Source of the DNA: Pseudovirgaria hyperparasitica
Taxonomy: Eukaryota
Assembly (NCBI GenBank): GCA_010093815.1
Contig: ML996566.1
DNA: 64,000 nt
Direction: 5' to 3' (one strand)
Below are positions 52,650 through 64,000 of this stretch, piece by piece. Both the position numbers and the translations under genes were made by a program. The notes beneath the pieces are model-generated. The model had not been told where the DNA came from and did no database searches. It was given only the letters and a program-made list of their open reading frames with translations. Within the stretch, counting starts at the first letter, position 1. Each line of letters starts with the position of its first letter.

Positions 52650-53024
52650 TCACGACCTCCTCACCCCAACAACCCTCTTCCCCACAACCCTCCCAGCAGC
52701 CACTCCCACTGCTCCACCACCCCTCTGCATCTGCATCTGCATCTGCATCTGCATCTGCGCCGCATACCTCGCCGCCACCGCCCGCGTACTGTCCACCCCT
52801 CCCCCTGCTCCTCCTCCTCCGCCGGCCATGAAGCCAGCTGGCTCCGCGGGGGTGTCCTTGTCGTAGCACGCAGGACAGTTGTCGTCGACGCGGAACTGCA
52901 GCCAGACTTCCTTGCTCGAGGGCGTGGCGCAGGGGGTTTGCGTGTGGGCTGCGGCGGGGCAGTATTGGGCGAAGGTGCTGGTTGTGTGGGCGCAGGGGTG
53001 GCGGTAGAGGTAGAATTTGCACAT
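52650..53024 (-). CDS. Small Cys/His protein (MC-x8-CxH...C...C...CxxC), probably zinc-binding, with a (QM)n tail
   Basis: ATG in A-rich context (ACAAAAAATG); MCKFYLYRHPCAH...QYC...PC...NCPAC. A hexamer repeat at 52724-52758 encodes QMQMQMQMQMQ. Confidence 0.65.
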   Translation of the reverse strand: MCKFYLYRHPCAHTTSTFAQYCPAAAHTQTPCATPSSKEVWLQFRVDDNCPACYDKDTPAEPAGFMAGGGGGAGGGVDSTRAVAARYAAQMQMQMQMQMQRGGGAVGVAAGRVVGKRVVGVRRS

Positions 53025-56000
53025 TTTTTGTCTTGAAGGTGGGAGGGTGTTGAGGCGGAAAGGGGGTTGGAGTCGCGGTTGGAGGTGTAATATAGACGTG
53101 GTTGTAGTGTGGTTGTAGTCGTATTATAGACTTGATTGAAGGATAGTAACGCGGTGTATGGCCAGAACGACAGACAGTCTGCGAGGAGATATTATATGAC
53201 CGACGGGGTCCAAGACGTGAGGTCGCCGACAAGACGTATGTTTGTCCGCCAGAATGAGGCTAAAAGCAGCAAGCAGGCAAGCAGCAAGCGGGCAAGCGAA
53301 CGAATGGATATATATGTATCCGGATATAGTAACCAACGACAGACTTGGCCTCTAGAGGGATGGCACGGCCAGGGTAACAGACAGGGCCATGATTGTTATT
53401 TTTATTATTATTACCACCACCACAACGCACCCCATGGAAAGTTTGACAGGAACGGACGGACGGCCCGGGCGGAGGACAACAGACTGACAAGCGCCCAGTC
53501 AGGGAGAAACAAGCAGCGCAATTTGAGGAGTTTGTGTGAGAGCGGCGTTTGTATGTGTGTATGTTTCTGTGTGTCTCTGTGAGAGCGATCATCAAAACAG
53601 GAACACGCTACAGGGATCAAGGGCAATATAAAGAGATTTCGGCACGATGCAGGCCCCCCGTCTGTGTGTGAAGAGCCCAAAAAAAAACCAGTCGATGTGG
53701 AAAAATATTGAAGCACAAAACGGGAGTGTCCATACATCTTCATTCCAGACGTCAGCTCTGCCGCAGTCTATTGGCGGGCCGGGATCGTCAAAGCTTGAGG
53801 GTATGTATGCCCACTCTGCGTGAACCACGCATCCCGGCACATGTTTCATCAGACGGAGAAGGGGGAGTGGGAAGTGGGCAGTGGGCAAGGTCGGCGACAA
53901 TGGGATTGGGGGACGAAGGACGAAAGGGAGATGAAGAAGATGGACAATAACAGGACAAAGTGCATGTTTGATAATTAGAGCGCTGCGAGTTGAGTGTAAC
54001 AAAGAGGAAGTGGAGCTGGACGACGTTGACGGGTAGTTCTATGTAGGTAATTGCTGCAGACTCCAGACGACACGACAAGGCTTAAGGCTGAACAGGTAAC
54101 GAAGACGACGATTCGATTGCGATTCCACGATGACCTGCAGGAAGCGCCCGGGGTCGTGGAAGAGTTCTGGAAGCAGGGTAGGCAGGGAGTGAATGACAGA
54201 CAGAGAGAAAGAGAGAGGGAAAAGGACAGGACGGCCGTGCGTGCGTTGGCAGCAAACATGAGCTTGCGGGGAGGTCGGATTGCCCGAATCGGGCCAGCGT
54301 ACCACGGATGCTGACAATACCTAGGTATCTTGTGGCTCGTCGTGCCGCCGCGTCTCAGATATGGACGCGGATGGACTGATGGACTGATGGAAATGGGGGG
54401 AGAAGGATTGGGGGACAACGATGGGGATGAGGATGGGGACGAGATGGAGATGGTGACAGCGACGGTCAAGGGCCAGCAAGACGCAATTCCCGCGCATTAC
54501 CGGAACAGGCAGAATGGAAGAAATGGCATCCATCTTCCAGTCGAATGAACGTGGCAGAGAGTAAAAATAGAAAGTGAAATGAATGATTCTGGTCTGGTGG
54601 GCCAGCACCAGCGAGCGCATTGTTGTTGATTGATGTTGTTGTTACTATTCTTACTATTTTTATTACTACGTACTGCACTCCATCGCTCCTGCCCCCCAAT
54701 GCCCATGAGAGAAAATGCTTGATTTGTTGATTAATGCGGATTAGTACGGATTAGTGCAAGATTAGTGCAAGTGTTGTTGCTGTCGGTGGAGGGATTAATG
54801 GACGCTACTGCCACTTCCGGTTAGAGGAGATGACATCTGTGACATGGACCAATCAGACACAGACTACACCGCCAGTTCTGACTCTGGGCACGTGACAGCG
54901 GAGTAAATAAAGCCTCGTCTCCGTCTTCATTGTCTTCAGAACAACCAGACAATAGTGGCATGTATAACAACTCATGTCTCATATCCCGTGTCTCATGTTC
55001 TCGAAAGGGACCGCTATGGGGACTGTACATGGCTGTCATTGTCGCGCAGCACTCACTTTCTTGGTTCTTGTCGTCGTCGGTCGAGCAGGCGTCGGGTGTA
55101 ATGGCTGTTGTGTTCTGATAAATAATACATAACTTAAACTTCTCGGGGAATATCATCACCATCATCGTATCCGTCGTCCTTCCGATCGTTCGCAGCGGCC
55201 GGAACAGCGGGACTTTTCCCATATATGTCCTATTGCCTACTTTGCTTATACACTATTATCCCTATCATCTTACTCTTAGGTATTGCTGTTTATGCGTAAT
55301 TACATGGTTATTATGGTCACCCACCCACCGACGCCACAATTTGTGCCAGCTGGCAGACACACACACACACACTCATGATTCATCCAGGCCAGATCTGGAT
55401 TGATTGCTCACCATCAACGTGATGGATGTGTGGAGGCTTGACAGCGACGTAGCGGCCGCAGAAGAGGTCGTCTGCCATCCGTCCACTATCCATCCATCCA
55501 CCCACCCATCCATCATCCATCCAGCCATCCGGCCATCCATATGCAGGACGTGTGTGGGCTGCATCAACACGTCTGCATCGTGCTTAGCGACCATGGTTTG
55601 ACACGTTGCAGTTGACGCAGGTCGACGTCGCTGTTCGTCCCCCCTGCAATGCAAATAATATCACTGCCCTCTACCCCGTCCCCAGCCATCTTCTTTTTTC
55701 ACTTTTTTGTTGTTTGACTCTTCGTTGTCGCCGTTGCATGTTACAGCCGTGGTGTCGTCGTCGTTGTCGCCCAGGCCTCACCACCACTGGAACCCCTCGG
55801 CTCAGTCTGTCGGTTAGTCCCATTCATCTCCAACTTTCACCCCAACAAAGCGCATATCTGTCTGTCTGCGCGCGAGTCGATACACGACCAGCCTCACGCT
55901 GCGCATCCTGCATCTTGTCTTTATTCGCAAGATACAAATCCGCTCTCCCTGTCCGTCCGCTTCTCGGCCACACTTGGCGCTCAACGCTAATCGATATCAG

Positions 56001-56751
56001 CATTCTGACCTTCGCAAGCCGTCCGCACGTGCAGGGGCCTCCTTCACACCGCCTGCAACATCCAAGCCCTTTTTAACATCTGCCATCTGCCCACTTCCTC
56101 GAGCCATTCTACTCCTCTCATAATTGAGTCTTCTGGCTCGCTCTGCCAGCAAAGTCGCTATGTGTTGGCGCAAGAGGCGCTCTGCAATTGCCGTCACTAA
56201 TCCCAAACAGAGCTCTCCGCTCTGCCCAGACGCCACCACCTCGTTGTGACAACTCACGGCCTGACGACAACAAGAAAGTCTGAAGTGACGTATCAAGCCC
56301 CTCTTGGATTGGCCGGAAGAGAATACCTAGAGCTATATTCTAATACAAACACTTTTGCAAGTTTGGCTTGTACAAGTAATTTTGATTGCTTTGTCCTCGA
56401 GCATCCCGATTGGTTGGCCGCCGACTCTCTATACGGCGAATGAGAAGGCATCTTTTGGTCTTTTGGCAATAGGTAAACCCCCCCCCCGCTCAGTCTTCTT
56501 ATCCACCTGTTGTGTTGATGTCTCGTACTGTGTCGTATGCTTGCGCAGATTCGGAGGCTAACATAATCGTCGATTTGCAGTTTCCACTTACTAATCGCAC
56601 TATCAACACCCTATTCACTCGCTCACTACTCGGAGGCTGCTTGTATATCTCAATTGAGACGCACTCGGAGGCTTGTACTGTATCGCACCACCTGGATTCA
56701 TCTATTCACTCATTCACTAAGGACTTCTGTTTTCTTTGGTCTCTTACGCCT

Positions 56752-56841
56752 TACGACATTGCTCATATCGAAATACGTATTCACGCGGCCACGATCTACG
56801 ACATTGCTCATATCGAAATACGTATTCACGCAGCCACGATC
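56752..56841. repeat. 45-bp tandem duplication (1 mismatch) upstream of the 14-3-3-like gene
   Basis: TACGACATTGCTCATATCGAAATACGTATTCACGC(G/A)GCCACGATC occurs twice. Confidence 0.95.
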
Positions 56842-57221
56842 TTCAAACGACCATTGACGTATTACGACTGAAGCGTGTGCACGGCCATTTTTTCATCTCA
56901 CTCCACTTCCGAACCCATTGGTGCTCAGCATTCGACCATTACGGACGTCAGCGCTTCCAGCCTCATTACGACGGCTGTTGCACCACCACGACACGCTAAC
57001 ACTTCATTCGACGACTGCCCTGCCTCATCGAGCCCACTCGCCTGGTGAGAACTCACCTTGTTTGGTTCCGCTGCCCTTGCACGATGACACCCAATGTTTT
57101 GGTTCCAATTCCCCAGCCCCCAATATCATCATGCCGCATCTGGGGGGACCATCTTTATATCAACAAGATGGACTCCCCCGTGAGAGAGAATGCTAATTGA
57201 TGGGTTAGATTGTGACCTGCC

Positions 57222-58745
57222 ATGGCCTCTTCGGATGTGGACCAGAAATTCCTGGCTGCTGCTGCTGTGCGAACTGCCCCTGATAATGCCCTTGCATCTG
57301 CCGCCTTCTACAAGATCCTCGGCAACTCCGTCTTGCTCGCTCGCAAACTCTATCGCGCCAGGAAACTGCGCAAGCTCGACACTTCGCGCGACACAAAGTC
57401 GCTGTCACTATACCGGCACATCATCTGGATGAGTCGGGAAGGCTTGGAGCTGCTCGACACCTACATCCTCCCAGATGTCATGGACGGCCACTTTGATGCC
57501 GAGGTCAGAGTGCTGGCCGTGAAGCTGCGAGCCTCATACCACCACATCTTCTGCCTCTTCCACAACCAGCCTCCCGTGTCCCAGGCCGGAAATCCATACT
57601 ACAAGCTTTCCACCGCCTCGCCCAAATCCTCCCCGCGCACCGGAGCAGCGAAACGGGGCAGCAAGCCCGCGACATCTCCAACAAAGACACGAGGTGGTGG
57701 CCTCCGTGAGCCCATTGACTCGATCACGTCAGAAACCAGCTTCGTCACCAATCCCTACCACGCGACCACGACGAGACTCGACCGCCAGACACCCCCTGGC
57801 CTCGCTCCTCCGCCGGGCCTCTCACCTGTCCGCATCCCACAGCCGTCTGCGTTTCTACTCCCGGTCATGAATTGGCTTCCCCTCACATCGTCCTACTTCA
57901 TATCCGCCTCGGCCTACGCGCAAGCCAGCCTTCCCGGCTCGCACCCCCTGCGACTCTCCGTCGCCCTCGAACACGCCGCCTTTCTCTGGGACTGTCTGCA
58001 TGACCACGACGGTGCCCGCACCATGGCCCGCGCCGCGATCAAAGACGTCTACCGCGCCCCGGAGAGCATGGACGACGACGACTTCCGCAGCGCCGCCGAG
58101 CTCGTCGCCACCCTCGGCCGCATGATGAAGCGCCGCAGCTGGGAGGGCACCCCGAGACCTGGCACCGCCACATCTCCGACCCCCGCCGTGCCTCCCAGTG
58201 TGTCTCCCACGGAGCCTCACGCAACACCAAAGACGAGCCCCAAAACACCACGCCAGGCCCACCCACGCCCGTCTCCGCCCGCGGCACCACCAAGCACCGA
58301 GCGACGGCGCAACTCAGGATCGGGCGCACACCCACGCGATCGCGACCGCAACGTCTCATTTGACACTCCTCTCTCTCCGACCCCCGACACATCTCAAGGC
58401 CGCGATGCCTGTCCTCCCACTCGCAGACCTAACAGCGCCGCCAACGCCAAAGACTCGTCTCCAGCGCACCCGGCCCGTCGACCCAGCACCGCAAAAGATG
58501 CCCAATCACCCCACACGCCACACAACCGGCGGCCACAGAAAAGTGGTGGTGGTGGCGGACATGCTAGTGCCGAAAACACACCTCGTGCAGGTGCTGTCAA
58601 CGTAGGCAGGGTGACTACGCACTCTGTGCCTCGCTATGCAGTAGATACACGCGTTGATGCCAGTCCGCAGGCTGCAGAGCGACGGCATGTTGGTGGTGGT
58701 CCTGTTGCCCTTGGACGCGGCGGGGGGCGGGTTGTTGGGCGGTGA
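57222..58745 (+). CDS. Divergent 14-3-3-domain protein with a Pro/Ser-rich insertion and tail
   Basis: [23 protein letters not shown] aligns with the 14-3-3 segment [34 protein letters not shown] aligns with YKMKGDYHRYL. Confidence 0.75.
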   Translation: [507 protein letters not shown]

Positions 58746-59157
58746 GACGAGCTGTATATGATGTATACTAGTATACTACCACGCGTGTTATGTGTGTACA
58801 TTGGTTTCGAAGAATTGAGGGAGCGGTCGTGTTGTAATTAGTGATTTCGAGTCTAGATATATCCACAGCGAATGAGACGTGTAAATGGCGACTGTCTTTT
58901 CTTGTGTTACTGTTCCTGTGCCCTCCTACTAACGATATCATAGGGGACGGGCAAGTACGAGTAATCAGTATTACGATGTTGATTCCCGGCTTGAAAGTTT
59001 ACTGTCATACGAGAAGCAAGGACCAGGCAGGGCGGGCTCTCGATATTGAATGCTCGACCCGTAGCACGACACTCTACCCATCTCCGTCGATATCTGCTAC
59101 ACACGCCCCGTCTAAAATCCCAATCCAAACCCCAGCCACTACCCCCAAATCACCAAC

Positions 59158-60858
59158 TCACAAAATATCCGCCACAGCACCCACCAGAACCGGAAACCCA
59201 TCCCCACCAAACCGCTGCACAACCCTCGTACTCCCACCCTTGACCATCGGCAACGGCAAATCCATCTCCGACAACACCCCCTTCCCCACCCGACTAACAT
59301 GAAAGTCCTCGGGCAACTGAATCTCAATCTCCACGCCCCACGCCAGAATCAGCCGCGTAACCTTGCCATAAAATCGCTCCCGCCGCAGCGTCGCCGGCGT
59401 CCCCTCCTGCAGCGGAATCCCCCCTAGCGAATGATTATCCCCGACGTCCCAGAGCCCGCGCGCCACGCCCTGCGCATACGGCTTCTGGAGAAAGGTAATG
59501 GAGGCAGTAAGACTGTTGATGAAAGCCGCGGCGTCCGGATCGGCAGTTATGTCCTGGGGTGCGGGCGCGTCGTCGAGGGCCGGGTGGCCCAGGCTGGCCC
59601 AGGAGCGCTTCCAGATGTTTGCGAGGGGGATTTCGTAGGGCCCGTCGCGGGGGATGGGGTTGTTTTTGTTGGCGGGCCCGGCTTGTTTGATCCAGTATGT
59701 TGCTGTGGTTTCGTAGTTTTGGAGGACGTATTCGGGCCGGTAGAAGATTAGGGTTGGGTCGATGGGGGTGCCGGGGGGGTGGGCTTGGCGGGAGAGCCAG
59801 TTGTCGTCGATGGCGACGACTTTCATGTTGTTGCTGGGGGGTGGGTGGTGTTAGTTGGTGTTTTTGTTTGGGATTTAGGGGCTAGGAGGGGGGATGAAAT
59901 ACCCAAGCTGGGGCTCGACGCGCATGTCTGCTAGGCGGACGGAGTCGAGCTGTTTCGAGATGCTGGATAGGGAGGGGTCGAGGAGGCGTGTATAGGACGC
60001 CTGTGCCTGCTCTTCCTTCTTCCAGGCCTCGATGTAGCCGGTGTCGCTCTCGATGAAGTGGATTAGGGAGGAAGGGTCGGGCGTGGTCTTGGATGTGTCG
60101 GCGCGCGTCTTGATATATGCCCGTCGCGCCGTCTCCCAGGCTTGGTTCTTGATGTTCTTGCAGTCCAGCAGCGTGCGGCGGGCGTCGATGAGTTTCTCCG
60201 AGGGATTGCCCTGGTTGAGAAGATGGAGCATGAGAAACCGGACATGTAATCATCATGATGCTACTACCCCTTTCCGACACAGACAGACAGACCGACAGAC
60301 AGACAGGAACACAGACAGACATACCTCGCCCGCAAACTTCAGATATCTAGACACCATCGAGAAGCAATCAATCACTACACATGTCCCCTTTTTCTCACAT
60401 GCGCACAGAGCACACATCGCAGGACAGGACAGGATTGGGACTCACGAGCTCAGAAACTCAAAATACGACACCCCGTTCGCGGCATAGAACGGCCGGTTGA
60501 CCTGCTGCATCGCGTCGCCCTGCACATACGTCTGGTAGTTTGTCACCTCGGGCGGGCACAGCTCGCCGCCGAGCACGCCGATCTGGCTCAGGTCGCCGAG
60601 GAAGAGCGCACGCCCTTCGTCGTACAGGCTGCCCGACGGGGTGAACTTGTTCTTGAGGAAGTAGCCCATGGCTTTCCAGAAGAAGGGCGGTTGTTGGCGT
60701 GTCGCTAGGATCGGGGCTGCGATGTTGGTCGGGAGGTTTGGGGAGAAGCTGGGCCTCAGGGTGCCGGCTTGCTGGGAGAGGTCTGGCTGTAGAGAGGAGA
60801 AGAGGCCATCGTCGATGGCGTGTGAGGTGTTGGGGTCTTGGGGGTTGGGAGTGGCCAT
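59158..60858 (-). CDS. Protein of unknown function, 472 aa (exons 60858-60446, 60346-60325, 60210-59903, 59833-59158); paralog of the gene at 62930
   Basis: Three ORF-track fragments and a 22-nt micro-exon join in frame through canonical introns (donors GTGAGT, GTATGT, GTATTT; YAG acceptors); total 1419 nt. Confidence 0.8.
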
Positions 60859-62809
60859 TACAGCTGTGAAGGGGGGTTGCTTTTTGCTGGGGATGGGAGG
60901 TATGGATGTCTGTGGTCTTGCTGGTTGGCTTTAAGTACATGCTCGAGTCGTAGCATGGCTTGGTCTTCCATTTAGTGTTGTCGTTAGGGATGCTGGTGGA
61001 GTCTGTCTAAACGTATGAGCCTGAGTAACGTTATACTGCCAAGTGAATAGTCGTCTTCATTTCATATCTACTAGCGGCGCTCAGCACTCTGTGCTAGGGT
61101 CGGTACTTACGTTCCATGCGGCAATCATCGATTGTTATCCAATGGGTCGCATTCGGATACAGCAGTAGCATGAGCCTAGTATCTCTGGATGGCAGCAACG
61201 GGTCAGACCCAGACTGTGTACAAGATCCAAGCTGGCATGTTGACCCGAGCCTCTTCCAATCAGAAGCCGTATCATCACGGTGTTGTCGTCACACACATTG
61301 CATGCCTTACTGTTCCCACATGCATGAATGTCGCAACCAGAAACGTTTGGAGACTGAGATCGTCCTCGGAGGGGCCCAGACGCTGCTGGAATATTCAGCT
61401 GACGATGTCTACGCCCAACCCACAATTAAAGGAGCAGTACAGGTCCCGCATGTATAGTGGCCGGACCGCTCAAGCTACTACTGTCCCTGTATGCAGGTTA
61501 AGCCCTTTCCGGTGCCGGCGTGCATGTAATAGACCTCTGCCGAAGCTTTACTGTACTTGCATGCATAACGGCGCTAGCATACTTGATAGTCCCATATACT
61601 GTGATGGCTTTTTCACTTTCCCCATAGGCCCTTGCTGCGCTTCCAAGTCTGTCAAACTGTATATGCCCACGCTGAATCCGAATGGTTTCCTGCTCCTATA
61701 TGCTTTAGGTTGGGTTCGATAGAACTAGAGTCCTCGCCTCTAGTCCTATGCCATCTTGTGGACCTGGGACGTTTCGGGAAGGGATCATGTGCTAGGAGAG
61801 GGTTTTTCGTATCGAGTTGAAGTCAGAAAGAGGTTGAGTCTAGCAGCTATTTCATAATGGAACGGGAGCCGGGGGGCCAGTCCCGTCATGACTGGCATAC
61901 TTGGCGTCTTGTTCTGGGACGGGATCCGGGACGCGCGGTATGGGGATCCCGCTGGGGGCTACAACACTAGCAGGCTGGAAAAGACTTCTGATTGGTCTAC
62001 GGGTGTGACTTTGACCCAAGTAAACATGACCTGCTCCTAACCTTATGCGATCTTACACATTCGGTTCGGGCAGCCGCCTGCGCAATAATAACATTAACAC
62101 AGCGCTCCTTCCAACAGAATCCAATCGGAGAATATCAGTCTGGAGACTTACCCCTCAATCACGATGTACAGATTGCTTGGCCAGTCCATACTCACTTGAA
62201 AGACTGACTTACTGTACCGACATGCATACGCATTGCTTCCTTGAGCGCATTACCGGTCCCACATATCTTACTCTGCCTGCATGATCTACTTCTTCATAGC
62301 CATAGTGAGTAGCTGGGCTTCGACAGCGCAATGAGCGGAATGTTTCCCCATCTCGCGATGGCCGCTACCCATTACGACAGTGCGGTACCGGGTGTTCTCT
62401 TCTTCACCATCCATCAAGGTATCTAGTCCTACGGGATTTTTGCATACGCCTGAGCGCTTATTCGACCATGGTATGGAATTTGTAACCAATCCCTGAGCAT
62501 TGAATCCGCTCCATGGACACAAGTAACATGGTCTTGCTCAACCTCGCCGGGGATTTTGCTTGATTCAACGTAGCGGCTGGCTGGCTGAGAGAAATGTGGC
62601 GAGCTGAGATATGCGACTCGATGGGAGATGTTGTGACTAGCTAAGAGAAATGTGGCTCAATGGAAGACATGCATGCCAGATGTGCCTAGAGACTAAAGAG
62701 TTATTGCGGTGGGGATGAGATCGGACCAAGTCTGGATGAGAGCAGCGCAGACTGCGGTATCTACTAGCCAGCAGAGGAGAAGAGTATTGACAAGCGAGGA
62801 CAATGGTAT

Positions 62810-62820
62810 GTATATAAAGG
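62810..62820 (+). promoter_or_regulatory. TATA box
   Basis: TATATAAAGG about 120 bp upstream of the ATG at 62930, followed by a CA-rich leader. Confidence 0.55.
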
Positions 62821-62929
62821 GCCCACGGAAGCTCGAAAGTGCAGGACATCAACACACACTCCTCACAACTCCAACATAGCAAAGAACTCTTTCACACAAA
62901 GTCCACCATCAATCCAAGCCATCTCCAGA

Positions 62930-64000
62930 ATGTCTGCCGAGAAGGTCAACCAACTCTTCTGGCTCAACTACGGCCAAGCTATCAAAGACAAAGCCGGAGC
63001 GAACTTTGGTTCCACAGGGGTCTTCTTCCTTGCCTCCGAGACTCAGAAAGGACCTCTGGCTGGCAATGATGTCCTGGATGTATACACCAACAGGGGTATC
63101 TATGATGTGGGCAACAACTTGCTCGCAACCGACAACCTCTTCTACACCCCATCGAGCCTTCACGGTTATGTGGAAGCACTCTCCACGTGAGTAAAATCCC
63201 ATCAAGCACTGCTAGCCAAGTACATTTTGCTAACGAGCATAGATTCCTCTGGTGGGTGGATCTCGTAAGTGGACAGCCCCTATCCAAGCACATGAATCAT
63301 CCCAGCCAACTGACGACGACAGGGCGGCAAATCCAACGTGAACCTCGACTCAGCAGAGCGACAGGCCCTGCTCGACCTCGACGCGTCGCAGAAGTGGCAG
63401 CTAACGGAGATGCGCAAGGCCGCAGCCCAGTTCAAGGAGGAGAAAGAGCTGGGCCTCGTCCCGACTGGTGACTTCTACGACTGGGTGCAGAACGGCAATG
63501 CCACGGCCTACAGCGCCGCCGTGAAGGACGTCAAGGACAAAGGCCAGGCTCTCGCCATGATCCAGGGTCAAAAGGCCGGGCCCATGTCCCCAGCACGCGA
63601 CGCTGATCTGTCTAAACTGACAAAGGCCCTCGACCAGTCCAAGGACTACCCCGGGTAAGCATCTATCTTATCCTCCCCTCGAGCAAACCCCGCCCCCGGC
63701 CGTCTGCTGACACTCACCTAGCTTCAACTTCGCATCCGCCATGGGCAACCCGCCCAACCCGGCCGAGCTCATCCGGAAGCAGAAGTCCGGCGAGAAAGTG
63801 CCGGACCCGCCAACGTCGCGCATCCCGGTGTACAACGCGCCACTATACAAGAAGGCGGTGCAGGACGCCATGCAGTATGCCATTGACTCGAAGCACGAGC
63901 CCAAGAACTCCGTTGGCATCGAGATCGACCTGGGCAAGAGCACGTCCGACTTCCACTTCGGCCACACGCAGGGCGGCGCATCCGTCGACGTCAGCTACGG
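62930..64000 (+). CDS. Protein of unknown function, truncated by the window end (exons 62930-63186, 63243-63264, 63323-63654, 63722->64000); paralog of the gene at 59158-60858
   Basis: In-frame splicing through GTGAGT, GTAAGT and GTAAGC donors with CTAAC/CTGAC branch points. C/G-ending codon bias; the frame stays open to the window end (...FGHTQGGASVDVSYG). Confidence 0.82.

Noticed and set aside
56752..56841. Direct repeats resembling a CRISPR array
   Set aside because: Two adjacent copies with no spacers, in a eukaryotic genome with no cas genes.

Overview
Intron-containing genomic DNA from a filamentous ascomycete (Pezizomycotina; short GT-AG introns with CTRAY branch points; Dothideomycete affinity is only a guess). 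About 22 protein-coding genes can be reconstructed by hand. The left end (0.7-6.3 kb) holds poorly conserved genes plus an AIG2-like/GGCT gene. A housekeeping core follows: CIA30-family protein, DHA1 MFS transporter, RFA2/RPA32 and a DNAJC8/Spf31-like J protein head-to-head, a Zn2Cys6 transcription factor, DBP10 and DBP4 head-to-head, a nucleoside hydrolase, a large low-complexity protein, GCN20, WHI2, SAH1, a CHORD-CS co-chaperone, a glutaredoxin-like protein, an HpcH/HpaI aldolase, a small Cys/His protein and a divergent 14-3-3-like protein. The most notable element is at the right end: two divergently transcribed genes of unknown function (59158-60858 minus; 62930->64000 plus, truncated). 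They are weakly similar in sequence but share three intron positions and phases, including a 22-nt micro-exon, so they look like an old paralogous head-to-head pair; a two-component, possibly pore-forming, system is the working hypothesis. Other signals: a probable non-AUG N-terminal extension of WHI2, two GC-AG introns, and repeated local C/A-rich to G/T-rich skew flips. No tRNA, rRNA, CRISPR array or recognisable transposon was seen. All splice models are manual and not confirmed by transcripts.
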